A DNA stretch of 64,000 nucleotides, taken from positions 39,324 through 103,323 of the forward strand of contig CAJXFH010000002.1 in NCBI GenBank assembly GCA_913052565.1, written 5' to 3'. The stretch is from an uncultured Gammaproteobacteria bacterium (GTDB taxonomy: Bacteria; Pseudomonadota; Gammaproteobacteria; Magnimaribacterales; TMED112). The position numbers were made by a program, and so were the translations under genes. How positions within the stretch are numbered: position 1 is the stretch's first letter; each line of letters begins with the position of its first letter. The notes under the pieces are model-generated. The model was not told where the DNA came from, did no database searches, and saw nothing but the letters and a program-made list of their open reading frames with translations. Positions 38,491-47,500 of this stretch are shown in pieces.

Positions 38491-39684
38491 TTAAGCCACT
38501 GATTTTATTTCATCAGTCACCTTTTCAACTGGTAAAGGATTTCGAGACCCAACAGCCTCAGAAATTGAATTGAATCCATCAGCTTTCAGGAGCTTTACTA
38601 AACCTCTGTTGATTTCATTAATATTTTGAGGGCCATCAAAAATCATAGTTGTAATCATGTGGCACAAGCTCGCACCTGAAGTTATTTTTTCATATGCATC
38701 CTTTGCACTAAAGATTCCACCAACACCAATGATTGTTAATTTTCCTCTGGTTCTTCTATATACATGCCTTACTACATTAGTGGCAATTCTTTGTAATGGA
38801 AGTCCACTCATTGCACCTTTTCCTTTTGGCAGCAATCCCTTTGCAGTAGGGTATTCTTCTGGTCGATGTTCAGTATTGAATTCTGGTTTAGCAAGGTTTG
38901 TGCAAACCACACCATCTATTCCAAATTCGACGCAGGCATCAACAATTGTATTTATCTCTTCAATCGTCATGTCAGCAGCAAGCTTCACATATATTGGTTT
39001 ATCTGTAATAGGACGAATCCTTTTATTAATTGCTGTAAGCAAGGCATCAAGATTGCCTTTATCAACAAAAGGCTCACCATCTTGTGTATTTGGACAGCTT
39101 ATATTTACAGTGAAGTAGTCACCTATATCTTTAAATAGAGTCATAGTCTTGAGATAGTCCTCAATTGAGGTTTCTAATTGAAACTCAGGTGTTAGATTTG
39201 AGTTCGCTGCATTAATGCCGACACGTAACTCTCCAAAGTCTTCATTTTCCAATCTCTTAGAAATTTTCTCAGCACCTTCATTATTGAGGCCATACCAAAC
39301 AACTATTGCTTTTGATTTAACCATTCGAAATAGTCTTTTTCCTGGGTTACCAGGGCAAACTTCTCCAGTGAACGATCCTAGTTCTGCAAGACCAAATCCA
39401 AGAGAAGGATAAATCTTCGTTAATTCACCGTCTTTATCAAAACCAGCTGATAATCCAATTGGGTTTTTATATTCAACTCCATCGACTTCAGTGTTGAGGC
39501 TCTTATTCTCGTATTTAAAAAATAAGCTTGTAAGTGCTCTTGTAAAAAAATTACTTCCTAAAAAAACACCAACTCTTTTGAGTGAATAATGGGCTTCCTC
39601 TGGATCCATTAAAAAAATAACTGGGCGTAAAATTTGATACCCAATTCTCATAAAGAAATTTCTAATTCCTATAATGCTGTTCAT
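38491..39684 (-). CDS. Dihydroorotate dehydrogenase family flavoprotein (class-2-like architecture, atypical active site)
   Basis: 397 aa. Aligns by eye along E. coli PyrD (FLMDPEEAH, KNPIGLSAGFDKDGE, GFGLAELGS, PGNPGKRLFR, IIGVGGI). However, it has NISCPNT where class 2 has NISSPNT, and GINAANSN where PyrD has GINIGKNK. Confidence 0.7.
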   Translation of the reverse strand: MNSIIGIRNFFMRIGYQILRPVIFLMDPEEAHYSLKRVGVFLGSNFFTRALTSLFFKYENKSLNTEVDGVEYKNPIGLSAGFDKDGELTKIYPSLGFGLAELGSFTGEVCPGNPGKRLFRMVKSKAIVVWYGLNNEGAEKISKRLENEDFGELRVGINAANSNLTPEFQLETSIEDYLKTMTLFKDIGDYFTVNISCPNTQDGEPFVDKGNLDALLTAINKRIRPITDKPIYVKLAADMTIEEINTIVDACVEFGIDGVVCTNLAKPEFNTEHRPEEYPTAKGLLPKGKGAMSGLPLQRIATNVVRHVYRRTRGKLTIIGVGGIFSAKDAYEKITSGASLCHMITTMIFDGPQNINEINRGLVKLLKADGFNSISEAVGSRNPLPVEKVTDEIKSVA

Positions 39685-39935
39685 TTTTGCTCCTCTGTTA
39701 ACTTAAAATTAACAATTATTAAAAATGATACTATATCACAATATAATTGGAAGTTATAATAACTATAATTGATATTTATAGTACGACAATATAAATGGTA
39801 TTTATGGCTGTTTACTAAAAAAAAATCTTCATTCTCTATGCCTTTGAATCTGAGCCCCTAAAATTCAAACTTTTAACAATTCTTTTTTGTTGCATGAACG
39901 ATGCATTCATATAGTATTAAGTTATCTAAATATTT

Positions 39936-41216
39936 ATGGAATTCATAATAGAAAATTTTTATTTAATTTTAGCCTCAAGTATTATTTTTGGCTTTTTTAT
40001 GGCATATGGAATAGGCGCAAATGATGTTGCTAATGCCATGGGAACCTCTGTTGGTAGCAAAGCTTTAACACTTACCCAGGCTTTAGTGATTGCTGCAATA
40101 TTTGAATTCTTAGGAGCATATTTTGCAGGAGCATCTGTAACCGCAACAATTAGAGAGAACATTGTTGATCCAAGCCTTTATGATGATTCACCAGATGTCT
40201 TTGTTCTTGGCATGATGGCAAGTTTGCTTGCAGCAGGTGCTTGGCTATTAATTTCAACGACTTTTGGCCTTCCTGTATCTACAACACATGCAATTATTGG
40301 AGCCATTGCTGGATTTTCAATCTACTACATTGGTTGGGCATCAGTCAGCTGGACTTATATTTTAGGCGTTACATTTTCATGGCTCATAACACCATTTCTT
40401 GCAGCTGTACTTTCAGGTTTGCTTTATTACAGTGCGAAAAAACTTGTGCTTACTGCTGAAAAGCCAATTGAAGCAGCACGACAATTCATACCAATGTATG
40501 CCGGTTTGGTGGGTTTTAGTATAGCGGCTATAACTCTCAACAAAGGACTAACTAATACACAAGTACCAATTTTAATTTCTGAGTATTTCGCGGGTTATGA
40601 TTTGATAGCAACAATATTTGGTATTGCATTATTTGTTGCGCTTCTTTGTTATGCCATTTCAAGATTTCTTTTATCACATTATGTAAGCAAATCTGATAAT
40701 CCAAATGTTGAAGGTAAGTTTGCAATATTGATGATATTCACTGCATCCTCAATTGCTTTTGCTCATGGTTCTAATGATGTCGCAAATGCTGTAGGACCAA
40801 TGGCAGCAGTAGTTGCCACTATTGAGAACCTTGGTCAGATAAATACTGTTGCAGTGATACCTGAATGGATCTTACTCACGGGAGCAATAGGAATAGTAAT
40901 TGGTATGCTTACGCTTGGTTATAAGGTTATAAGAACTGTTGGAGAAAAAATTACTAAGCTCAAACCAAGTAAAGGTTTTGCTGCCGAAATGGCAACTGCT
41001 ATTGTTGTTGTAGTGGGAAGTGTGGCTGGAATTCCTCTTTCAACAACACACACATTAGTTGGAGCAGTAATTGGAATAGGTGTTTTTAGTAGCAATAAGG
41101 TCAATTATAATTCCGTGATTCAAATCGGAGCATCTTGGCTCATAACAATTCCTGGTGGTGCAATTCTTTCAATAATCTTTTTTGTACTGTTAAAATCTAT
41201 TTTCGGAGTAGCTTGA
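39936..41216 (+). CDS. pit: Inorganic phosphate transporter, PiT family
   Basis: 426 aa polytopic protein. Duplicated PHO4 signatures GANDVANAMGTSVGS and GSNDVANAVGP. Confidence 0.9.
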   Translation: MEFIIENFYLILASSIIFGFFMAYGIGANDVANAMGTSVGSKALTLTQALVIAAIFEFLGAYFAGASVTATIRENIVDPSLYDDSPDVFVLGMMASLLAAGAWLLISTTFGLPVSTTHAIIGAIAGFSIYYIGWASVSWTYILGVTFSWLITPFLAAVLSGLLYYSAKKLVLTAEKPIEAARQFIPMYAGLVGFSIAAITLNKGLTNTQVPILISEYFAGYDLIATIFGIALFVALLCYAISRFLLSHYVSKSDNPNVEGKFAILMIFTASSIAFAHGSNDVANAVGPMAAVVATIENLGQINTVAVIPEWILLTGAIGIVIGMLTLGYKVIRTVGEKITKLKPSKGFAAEMATAIVVVVGSVAGIPLSTTHTLVGAVIGIGVFSSNKVNYNSVIQIGASWLITIPGGAILSIIFFVLLKSIFGVA

Positions 41217-41704
41217 TGGAGTTTGAATATTGGATTGAATTGGTAAACAAAATAGTGAATATAATCACAGGGCCAGCGGTGATCTTTAGTGTCTGGTTTC
41301 TTGTTGCGCAAATACAAACTCAAATTAAAGTCGGTAAGGCAGCATCTCGTCAATCAATTGCAGAAGCACATCAGGAAGTTACTCTTGCAGGCCTTGACCC
41401 ACTTTTAATGAGAGCCAAATTGAAACTTATAAAAAAAGAAGAGTTATCTATTGATGAAGAAGTTGGTTTAAGAATACATATGACAGCAATTTTAAGAGCA
41501 AGAGAAAATCACTTTTATCAACATAAGATGGGCATGTTAGATGACGAAGAATGGAAAACCATGAGAAAAGCACTAGGAACGTTATTTATCGATAACACAC
41601 TAAATCTGGATATTTGGAGTAAAAGTAAATCAACTTTTAATCCTGAGTTTGTCCGTATAGTTGACGAAGAAATAGAAATGAGAAAGGATACCTTTAAAAA
41701 ATGA
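41216..41704 (+). CDS. Membrane-anchored hypothetical protein (one N-terminal TM helix plus a helical soluble domain)
   Basis: The ORF track starts at 41135, inside pit. The in-frame ATG at 41216 overlaps the pit stop (TGATG) and gives MEFEYWIELVNKIVNIITGPAVIFSVWFLVAQ... (162 aa). The stop overlaps the next start (ATGA). I recognise no family. Confidence 0.55.
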   Translation: MEFEYWIELVNKIVNIITGPAVIFSVWFLVAQIQTQIKVGKAASRQSIAEAHQEVTLAGLDPLLMRAKLKLIKKEELSIDEEVGLRIHMTAILRARENHFYQHKMGMLDDEEWKTMRKALGTLFIDNTLNLDIWSKSKSTFNPEFVRIVDEEIEMRKDTFKK

Positions 41705-42789
41705 GCGACAAAACCCAACTAAAATTCATCTCAAAAGCTTTGCTTATGCATCAAAGACCATTTCTTATTACAAAGACAGATGGAGATGTTCTTTGGATTA
41801 ATAACGCTGGAAAATACATCTTTTCAATGGAAGATAATGACAAGCTTGATCTTATCTTTGTTGATAAAAAAGACTTAGATAAAGCTAAGTTTGATTCAGA
41901 TATAGCAGACTCATTCGATGTATTTTTAAAAATAAATTTAAGGGCACAAAGTCTCTATATGCGTGTGCTTTTACATGTAATACCTGTAGAAGATGAAAAT
42001 TATTATTTGGTTGAATTTGTTTCAAACTCAAAAGAAAATCTCTTCGCCTTAAAAACTGTTATATCTTGTTTAGAAAATGATCGAATAGGTATGTATTATC
42101 AAAAGCAGTACAGGCTTACTGGTAAAAAAGAAGTCACAGGTGTTGAAGCGCTGATTAGGTTTTTCAATGAGGATGGCTCAATTATTCCTAATGACAAGAT
42201 TATTCCTTATATCGAAGGGGAAAGTATTTTTTCTCTTGTGGTTACTTCTTCCATGAATCTAGTAAAAGAGTTTTTTGATGCGAGAAAGGAAAAGGGTCTT
42301 GACGGAACAACTTTATATTTTAATGTTTCTGCACACACAGTTCTGCATAAAGACTTTTTATCAATATTTAAAGAATTCATAAATAGCTCTGGAATAAAGA
42401 AAGGTGATTTTGGTATTGAAGTTACTGAAACAGCAGAACTGAATAATTTATCTTTAGCATCTTTGAGATTATCAAGTATTAAGAATCTTGGTGTTTCAAT
42501 AGCATTAGATGATTTTGGGGCTGGCTACTCAGCTCTAAGATATTTAAAGGACTTACCTATAGACCTTCTCAAGCTTGACAAAAGTTTTACCAATGAAATG
42601 GCTGAGGCACACAATCAAAGCTTAATTCAGATTGCAAAGCTCATGGCTGATTCATTATCTATGGAATTTATTTGTGAAGGGTTGGAAGAAGAATGGCAGA
42701 TTGAGAAAGCCATTTCTTTAGGCTGTGAGCGCGGGCAGGGGTATTTCCTTCATAAGCCATGTAGCCTTGATGACCTAAATAATGAATAA
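41701..42789 (+). CDS. EAL-domain c-di-GMP phosphodiesterase with PAS-like N-terminal domain
   Basis: 362 aa. EAL motifs are intact: GVEALIRF, YFNVS, EVTE, DDFGAGYS, LKLDKSF, EGLEEE and QGYFLHKP. The N-terminal ~110 aa look PAS-like (PFLITKTDGDVLWINNAGKYIF). Confidence 0.85.
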   Translation: MSDKTQLKFISKALLMHQRPFLITKTDGDVLWINNAGKYIFSMEDNDKLDLIFVDKKDLDKAKFDSDIADSFDVFLKINLRAQSLYMRVLLHVIPVEDENYYLVEFVSNSKENLFALKTVISCLENDRIGMYYQKQYRLTGKKEVTGVEALIRFFNEDGSIIPNDKIIPYIEGESIFSLVVTSSMNLVKEFFDARKEKGLDGTTLYFNVSAHTVLHKDFLSIFKEFINSSGIKKGDFGIEVTETAELNNLSLASLRLSSIKNLGVSIALDDFGAGYSALRYLKDLPIDLLKLDKSFTNEMAEAHNQSLIQIAKLMADSLSMEFICEGLEEEWQIEKAISLGCERGQGYFLHKPCSLDDLNNE

Positions 42790-44221
42790 GAAAGAAAAGA
42801 TAATTCTTACACAAATTAAACAAGATTTTACTACCCCTGTTGATGCAATTTCTGATTATATAAACCTCATAATAGATAGCTCAGATATTTATGAAGATGA
42901 AATATCAGATGAATTTGAAAATATAAGAAAATCTTCTAGGACTTTAAGAGTTAATTTTAATGAGGCATTTTCTGAGTATGCTGAGCTTAAAAAGAAAACA
43001 ATCGCAAATGACGAGGAAGCATCTATCCTTAGGCATGATCTCCGTACACCTCTTAATGGAATAATAGGATACAGTGAAATTCTGATAGAAGATTATGAAG
43101 ACGACATAGACGAAAAACATAATCAAGATTTAAACCACATAATTGATTTAGCAAAAGAAGTTGAGGGAGCAATTTCAAGATTTGTCGATTTTCTTAAAGG
43201 TGGAGCTGAAAAAGATGCTGAAGAACAATCAGATGATGATAGTGCCGAAAACTTATTTAGTTCACTTGGGAAAATTGAGTACAAGCTTGAAATTATTGAT
43301 GAAATTAAGGAAGCAAAAATACTTGTTGTCGATGATATAAAAACAAATTGTGATGTTCTAAAAAGAAGACTTGAAAGTTTTGAATTTAAAGTTGATGTTA
43401 GCATGTCAGGCAAAGACGCTTTGGAGCAAATTTCAAATAATAAATATGATCTTGTCCTTCTGGATGTACTTATGCCTGAGGTTAATGGTTTAGAGGTGTT
43501 AATAAAGATTCGAGAACAATATTCAGCAGATAAATTACCCGTAATAATGGTTTCTTCATTTGATGATGTTGAAAGCATCTCGAAATGCATTCAGCTTGGG
43601 GCGTCAGATTACTTGTCAAAACCTGTAAATTCGACAATTCTCACACAAAAGGTGGCTTCGACACTTGAAAGAAAATCATTAAGAGAAAGAGAAGAACAGC
43701 TTCTATCAGAGCTGCATAGGCAAGCCATTACTGACGAAATGACGGGTATTCCGAATAGAAGATATGTTTTTGATCATTTAGAGAAAAGTTTTGATGACAT
43801 AGAAAAAAATTCAAAGGAACATTTTGCAGCAGCAATATTCGATATTGATCATTTCAAGCATGTGAATGATACTTACGGTCATGCCGCTGGAGATGAAATA
43901 ATCAAGAAGGTCAGTAATATTGCTACTTCAGTTGTAACAGCTCCTGATATATTTGGAAGAATAGGCGGCGAAGAATTTTTAGCTGTGGTTTATAACAATT
44001 CTAAGAATCATCTAGAACAAATTTGTGAAAAAATAAGAACAAGTATTGAGAATGAAGAAACTTTATTTGATAATCAAAAAATAAGAGTAACAATAAGCGG
44101 CGGTGTTTGCTTTAGTGATGAAAGCACCAGTGTTTCTGATTTGGTAAACAAAGCTGATGAAAGACTCTACCTTGCCAAGAAAAATGGCAGAAATAGATTC
44201 TATTTAAGTGAGGAAACGTAA
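42782..44221 (+). CDS. HisKA(DHp)-REC-GGDEF protein lacking a HATPase domain (diguanylate cyclase with phosphotransfer module)
   Basis: 479 aa. H-box ILRHDLRTPLNGIIGYSEIL (His85) is preceded by a degenerate H-box-like IKQDFTTPVDAISDYINLI. REC follows (ILVVDD, LVLLDVLMPEVNG, SKP), then GGDEF with RIGGEEF. I saw no N/G1/G2 ATP-lid motifs. Confidence 0.85.
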   Translation: MNKKEKIILTQIKQDFTTPVDAISDYINLIIDSSDIYEDEISDEFENIRKSSRTLRVNFNEAFSEYAELKKKTIANDEEASILRHDLRTPLNGIIGYSEILIEDYEDDIDEKHNQDLNHIIDLAKEVEGAISRFVDFLKGGAEKDAEEQSDDDSAENLFSSLGKIEYKLEIIDEIKEAKILVVDDIKTNCDVLKRRLESFEFKVDVSMSGKDALEQISNNKYDLVLLDVLMPEVNGLEVLIKIREQYSADKLPVIMVSSFDDVESISKCIQLGASDYLSKPVNSTILTQKVASTLERKSLREREEQLLSELHRQAITDEMTGIPNRRYVFDHLEKSFDDIEKNSKEHFAAAIFDIDHFKHVNDTYGHAAGDEIIKKVSNIATSVVTAPDIFGRIGGEEFLAVVYNNSKNHLEQICEKIRTSIENEETLFDNQKIRVTISGGVCFSDESTSVSDLVNKADERLYLAKKNGRNRFYLSEET

Positions 44222-44580
44222 TGGCTTACATTTTAATTGTTGAAGATAATGAGATGAACAGAGATATGCTCGGTAGAAGGCTTGAGAGAAGAGGGTTTGA
44301 AATTCAATTTGCTCTCGATGGCCAAGAAGGTCTGGATAGTATGAGAGCAAGAAAACCTGATTTGGTTTTAATGGATATGGGCTTACCTGTATTAGATGGT
44401 TGGCAAGCTACGTCCCAAGCTAAAGAGGATCCTGAACTCAAAGATATACCTATTATTGCTCTAACAGCTCATGCTTTAGAAACAGATAGACAAAAAGCTC
44501 TAGCAGCAGGTGCAGATGATTTTGATACCAAGCCAGTCGATATAAAGAGATTGCTAGAAAAAATAGGTAAATTTATTTAG
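44221..44580 (+). CDS. Single-domain response regulator (CheY/DivK-like)
   Basis: 119 aa. ILIVEDNEMN, DLVLMDMGLPVLDG, ALTAHA and TKP. No output domain. The start overlaps the upstream stop (TAATG). Confidence 0.9.
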   Translation: MAYILIVEDNEMNRDMLGRRLERRGFEIQFALDGQEGLDSMRARKPDLVLMDMGLPVLDGWQATSQAKEDPELKDIPIIALTAHALETDRQKALAAGADDFDTKPVDIKRLLEKIGKFI

Positions 44581-47500
44581 AGTCTTCGCCCTTTAAAATC
44601 TGATTCACTTCATTAACCAACGTTTGAACTTTTGACTCTTTCTTAACAATGCCCTCAGTGAATTTGCTTAACATTTTTTCTTCAACTGCTGTAATATCCT
44701 TTCCTGAAAAAACAACAATAGGAATTTTAATTCCATCCTCTTGAGTTCGCTCAATAAATTCGAAGCCATCCATTTTTGGCATATCTAGGTCTAAAACAAT
44801 GAGGTCTGGTTTCTCCTTAACTCTTTCTAATGCATCTTCACCATTTTTGGCATCAATTGAAAGATAACCCTCATTATTTAGAATTTTGTTTAAAAGGTCT
44901 CTTGTATTTTCATCATCATCAACAATTAATACTTTCTGATTTTTTTCTGTTATATATCTTTTAACGATATTGAGGAAAAAAGTTCTATCAATTGGCTTCT
45001 TCATATAATCATCAGCACCAAGTGAAGTCGCAAGACTCTCTTCATTTAAAACTGATGTAATTACTACAGGGATATCTTTTAGTTTTTTGTCTTTTTTTAA
45101 CTCTTTTAAGACAGACCAACCATCTCTTCCAGGCATTAAAACGTCAAGCAATATGAGCTTAGGAGTATTTTTCCTTGCTTGTTCTATCCCTTCATCTCCA
45201 TCAAAACAACTAAAGACTGTATGACCCTCTTTTTTGATTGCCCTTTTTACAACATCGTGAGTAGCTTTATCATCATCTACCAAAAGAATATATTCATCAC
45301 CGTCTTTAATATCTGGATTTTCAAAATCCTCATCTTCAACTGTTTCCTCATCTATTGAAACGCGGGGTACATATATGCTGAATGTACTTCCTTCTCCAAC
45401 TTTGCTTGATACTTCTACACCCCCGCCCATCATTTCAGCAAAATGCTTTGATATCGATAATCCGAGACCGGTACCACCATACTTTGCGCTTGTAGACCTT
45501 TCAGCCTGAGTATATGTGTCAAATAATTTACCTAATTGTTCTTCTGACATTCCAATACCTGTATCTTTAATATCAAAGTTAACAAATTCTTTACCATCAA
45601 CATCTTTAGAGGTAATGACTAATGCAACTTGTCCATTCTCTGTAAATTTAAAAGCGTTACTCAAGAAATTTACGATACATTGTCGAAGCTTTGTCTCATC
45701 ACTTGTCATTTCACCACCAATATTATTTTTGATAATAAATTCATTATTATTCTTAGCAGCTAAAGGATTCGACACATCTTTAATTGTTTCAATCATCACA
45801 TCTATATTGAATGGAGTGAAATACATATCCATTTTTCCTGCTTCTATCTTCGATAAATCAAGAACATTATTAATAAGAGATAGAAGGTGTTTGCTTGAAT
45901 TAGTAATTCTTTTAAGATCCGGTACCATGTCATCATTGCCTAAATCCTCGCAATCCTCTAAAAGCATTTCACTATATCCAATAATAGCGTTTAGCGGTGT
46001 TCTAAGCTCATGCGACATATTTGCGAAGAATCTAGATTTTGCCGAACTCGCTTCACGGGCTTCGTCTCGTGCAGTTGCCATTTCTTTTGTTTTGAGATCA
46101 ATCAAAGCATTAACTTCATCTGACATTCTTGAAAACGCAAGCTCCATCATTTCAACTGATGCTTCCTCAGCTTTTTCATCAGAAGCTTCATTTACAAGAT
46201 TCTTCATATTCTGAACATCTTTTTGAATAAGAGTTTTGGCTTCGCCTTCTAATTTTTCAGATAATATGCTCATCTTTTTAATGATCACTTCATCTCTTTG
46301 TTTTCTACGCTCAGCTCTATCTTGTCTAACTGAATCCATTTCAAGTAAGTGATTTCTGTATCTCGCTAGTGCGTTAGATAATTGCCCAACTTCATTAGTT
46401 TCTGAGGACAGAAAACCTTTATTAGACGGGATGGTTTTTTTGGTATCTCCTTTTGTAAGTGCCTCGAGGACTTCAATAGCTTGCGCAATTCTACTAAAAG
46501 CACCATCTTGCACCCACCAAATTGCTAAAACTATAAGAATGATCACGCCAAATGTGAAAATAATAGAATTTAATGTTGAGTCTCTTAGTTCTTTAAGATC
46601 GTTGGCAACATTCTTGATTACAAAAAATAAAGCAAAGTCAGGGTTAACAGTTGATGCAACAGGTACTGAAGTTAATGAAAGTCCAAGTGCCTCAAAATTT
46701 TTGGAATTCATGTTTTCGAGACCATTTTTTAGAATATCGTTTTTAATATAATTAAAACTAACTTGATTAATGCCAAGTGAGTCGTCTTGAGATAGGCCAT
46801 CAGTAAAAACTGCATCAATAATTTTGTTTTGACTTACAATTCCAGTACGAACACCAAGATCACTTTCAAATACTGTCATTGACTGCCTAAGATCTCGACC
46901 GAGTATCACTGATCCTAAAAGTTTATTGGTATTGAATCCAAACTCATTTTTTAAGTAGATTGGAAAAGCTACGATTTGATGCAAATTTATATTTCCATTT
47001 GGAGCTTGAGCATAAATTACCTCGTTTGTAACGCTCATCCTGCTTCTGATTTTTTCTAGGAATGCTCCTGTTGAATCGTCTCTAAGAAAATTAAGATCAT
47101 TTGAATCGCCACAAACATCTATTGAATTACCTACATCTGCCCAGTCAAAGGCATAAAGACAAGTAAGCTCTTCATTATTCTCATTGAAAAGTTTTATAAA
47201 GCTTATGTTCCCTTCATCAATTTCGTCTAAGAACATTTCATCCACTAAAATAAAAAGATCGCCTCGAAGCTCTTGATCGAAAGATTCAATTAATGCATTC
47301 GCGTAGTCAAAACCTTCTATACCAATTTCTGTGAATAGACCAATTTCAACGTAAGGATTCCAGTATTGCTCACCTTTCTCTCCATTTGGCCCCCAAGAGT
47401 TCATATTTGAAAAACTGTTATCTATGGACTGAACCCATGCTGATTCTACAATGCTTGTATATTGACTGTTAGATGATTTTTCTTGAATGCTCTGATTCTG

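Noticed and set aside
39795-39913. A 7-bp hairpin, TTTGAAT...ATTCAAA (39843-39869), and three 6-7-codon mini-ORFs in the pit leader. These could be an attenuator or leader peptides.
   Set aside because: Hairpins and ORFs this short are expected by chance in AT-rich sequence. There is no U-tract logic and no alternative pairing I could support, and no convincing Pho box.
41135-41215. The N-terminal extension of the hypothetical gene given in the ORF track.
   Set aside because: It overlaps the last 82 nt of pit in another frame. The in-frame ATG at 41216 gives a classic TGATG coupling and a sensible TM-helix N-terminus.
45516-46214. A 232-aa ORF on the plus strand, antisense to the hybrid histidine kinase. 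It is long for an AT-rich genome.
   Set aside because: The product is Ser/Leu-rich and low-complexity, typical of the mirror frame of a Glu/Lys/Asp-rich gene. It lies entirely inside a well-supported gene and has no recognisable motif or start context.
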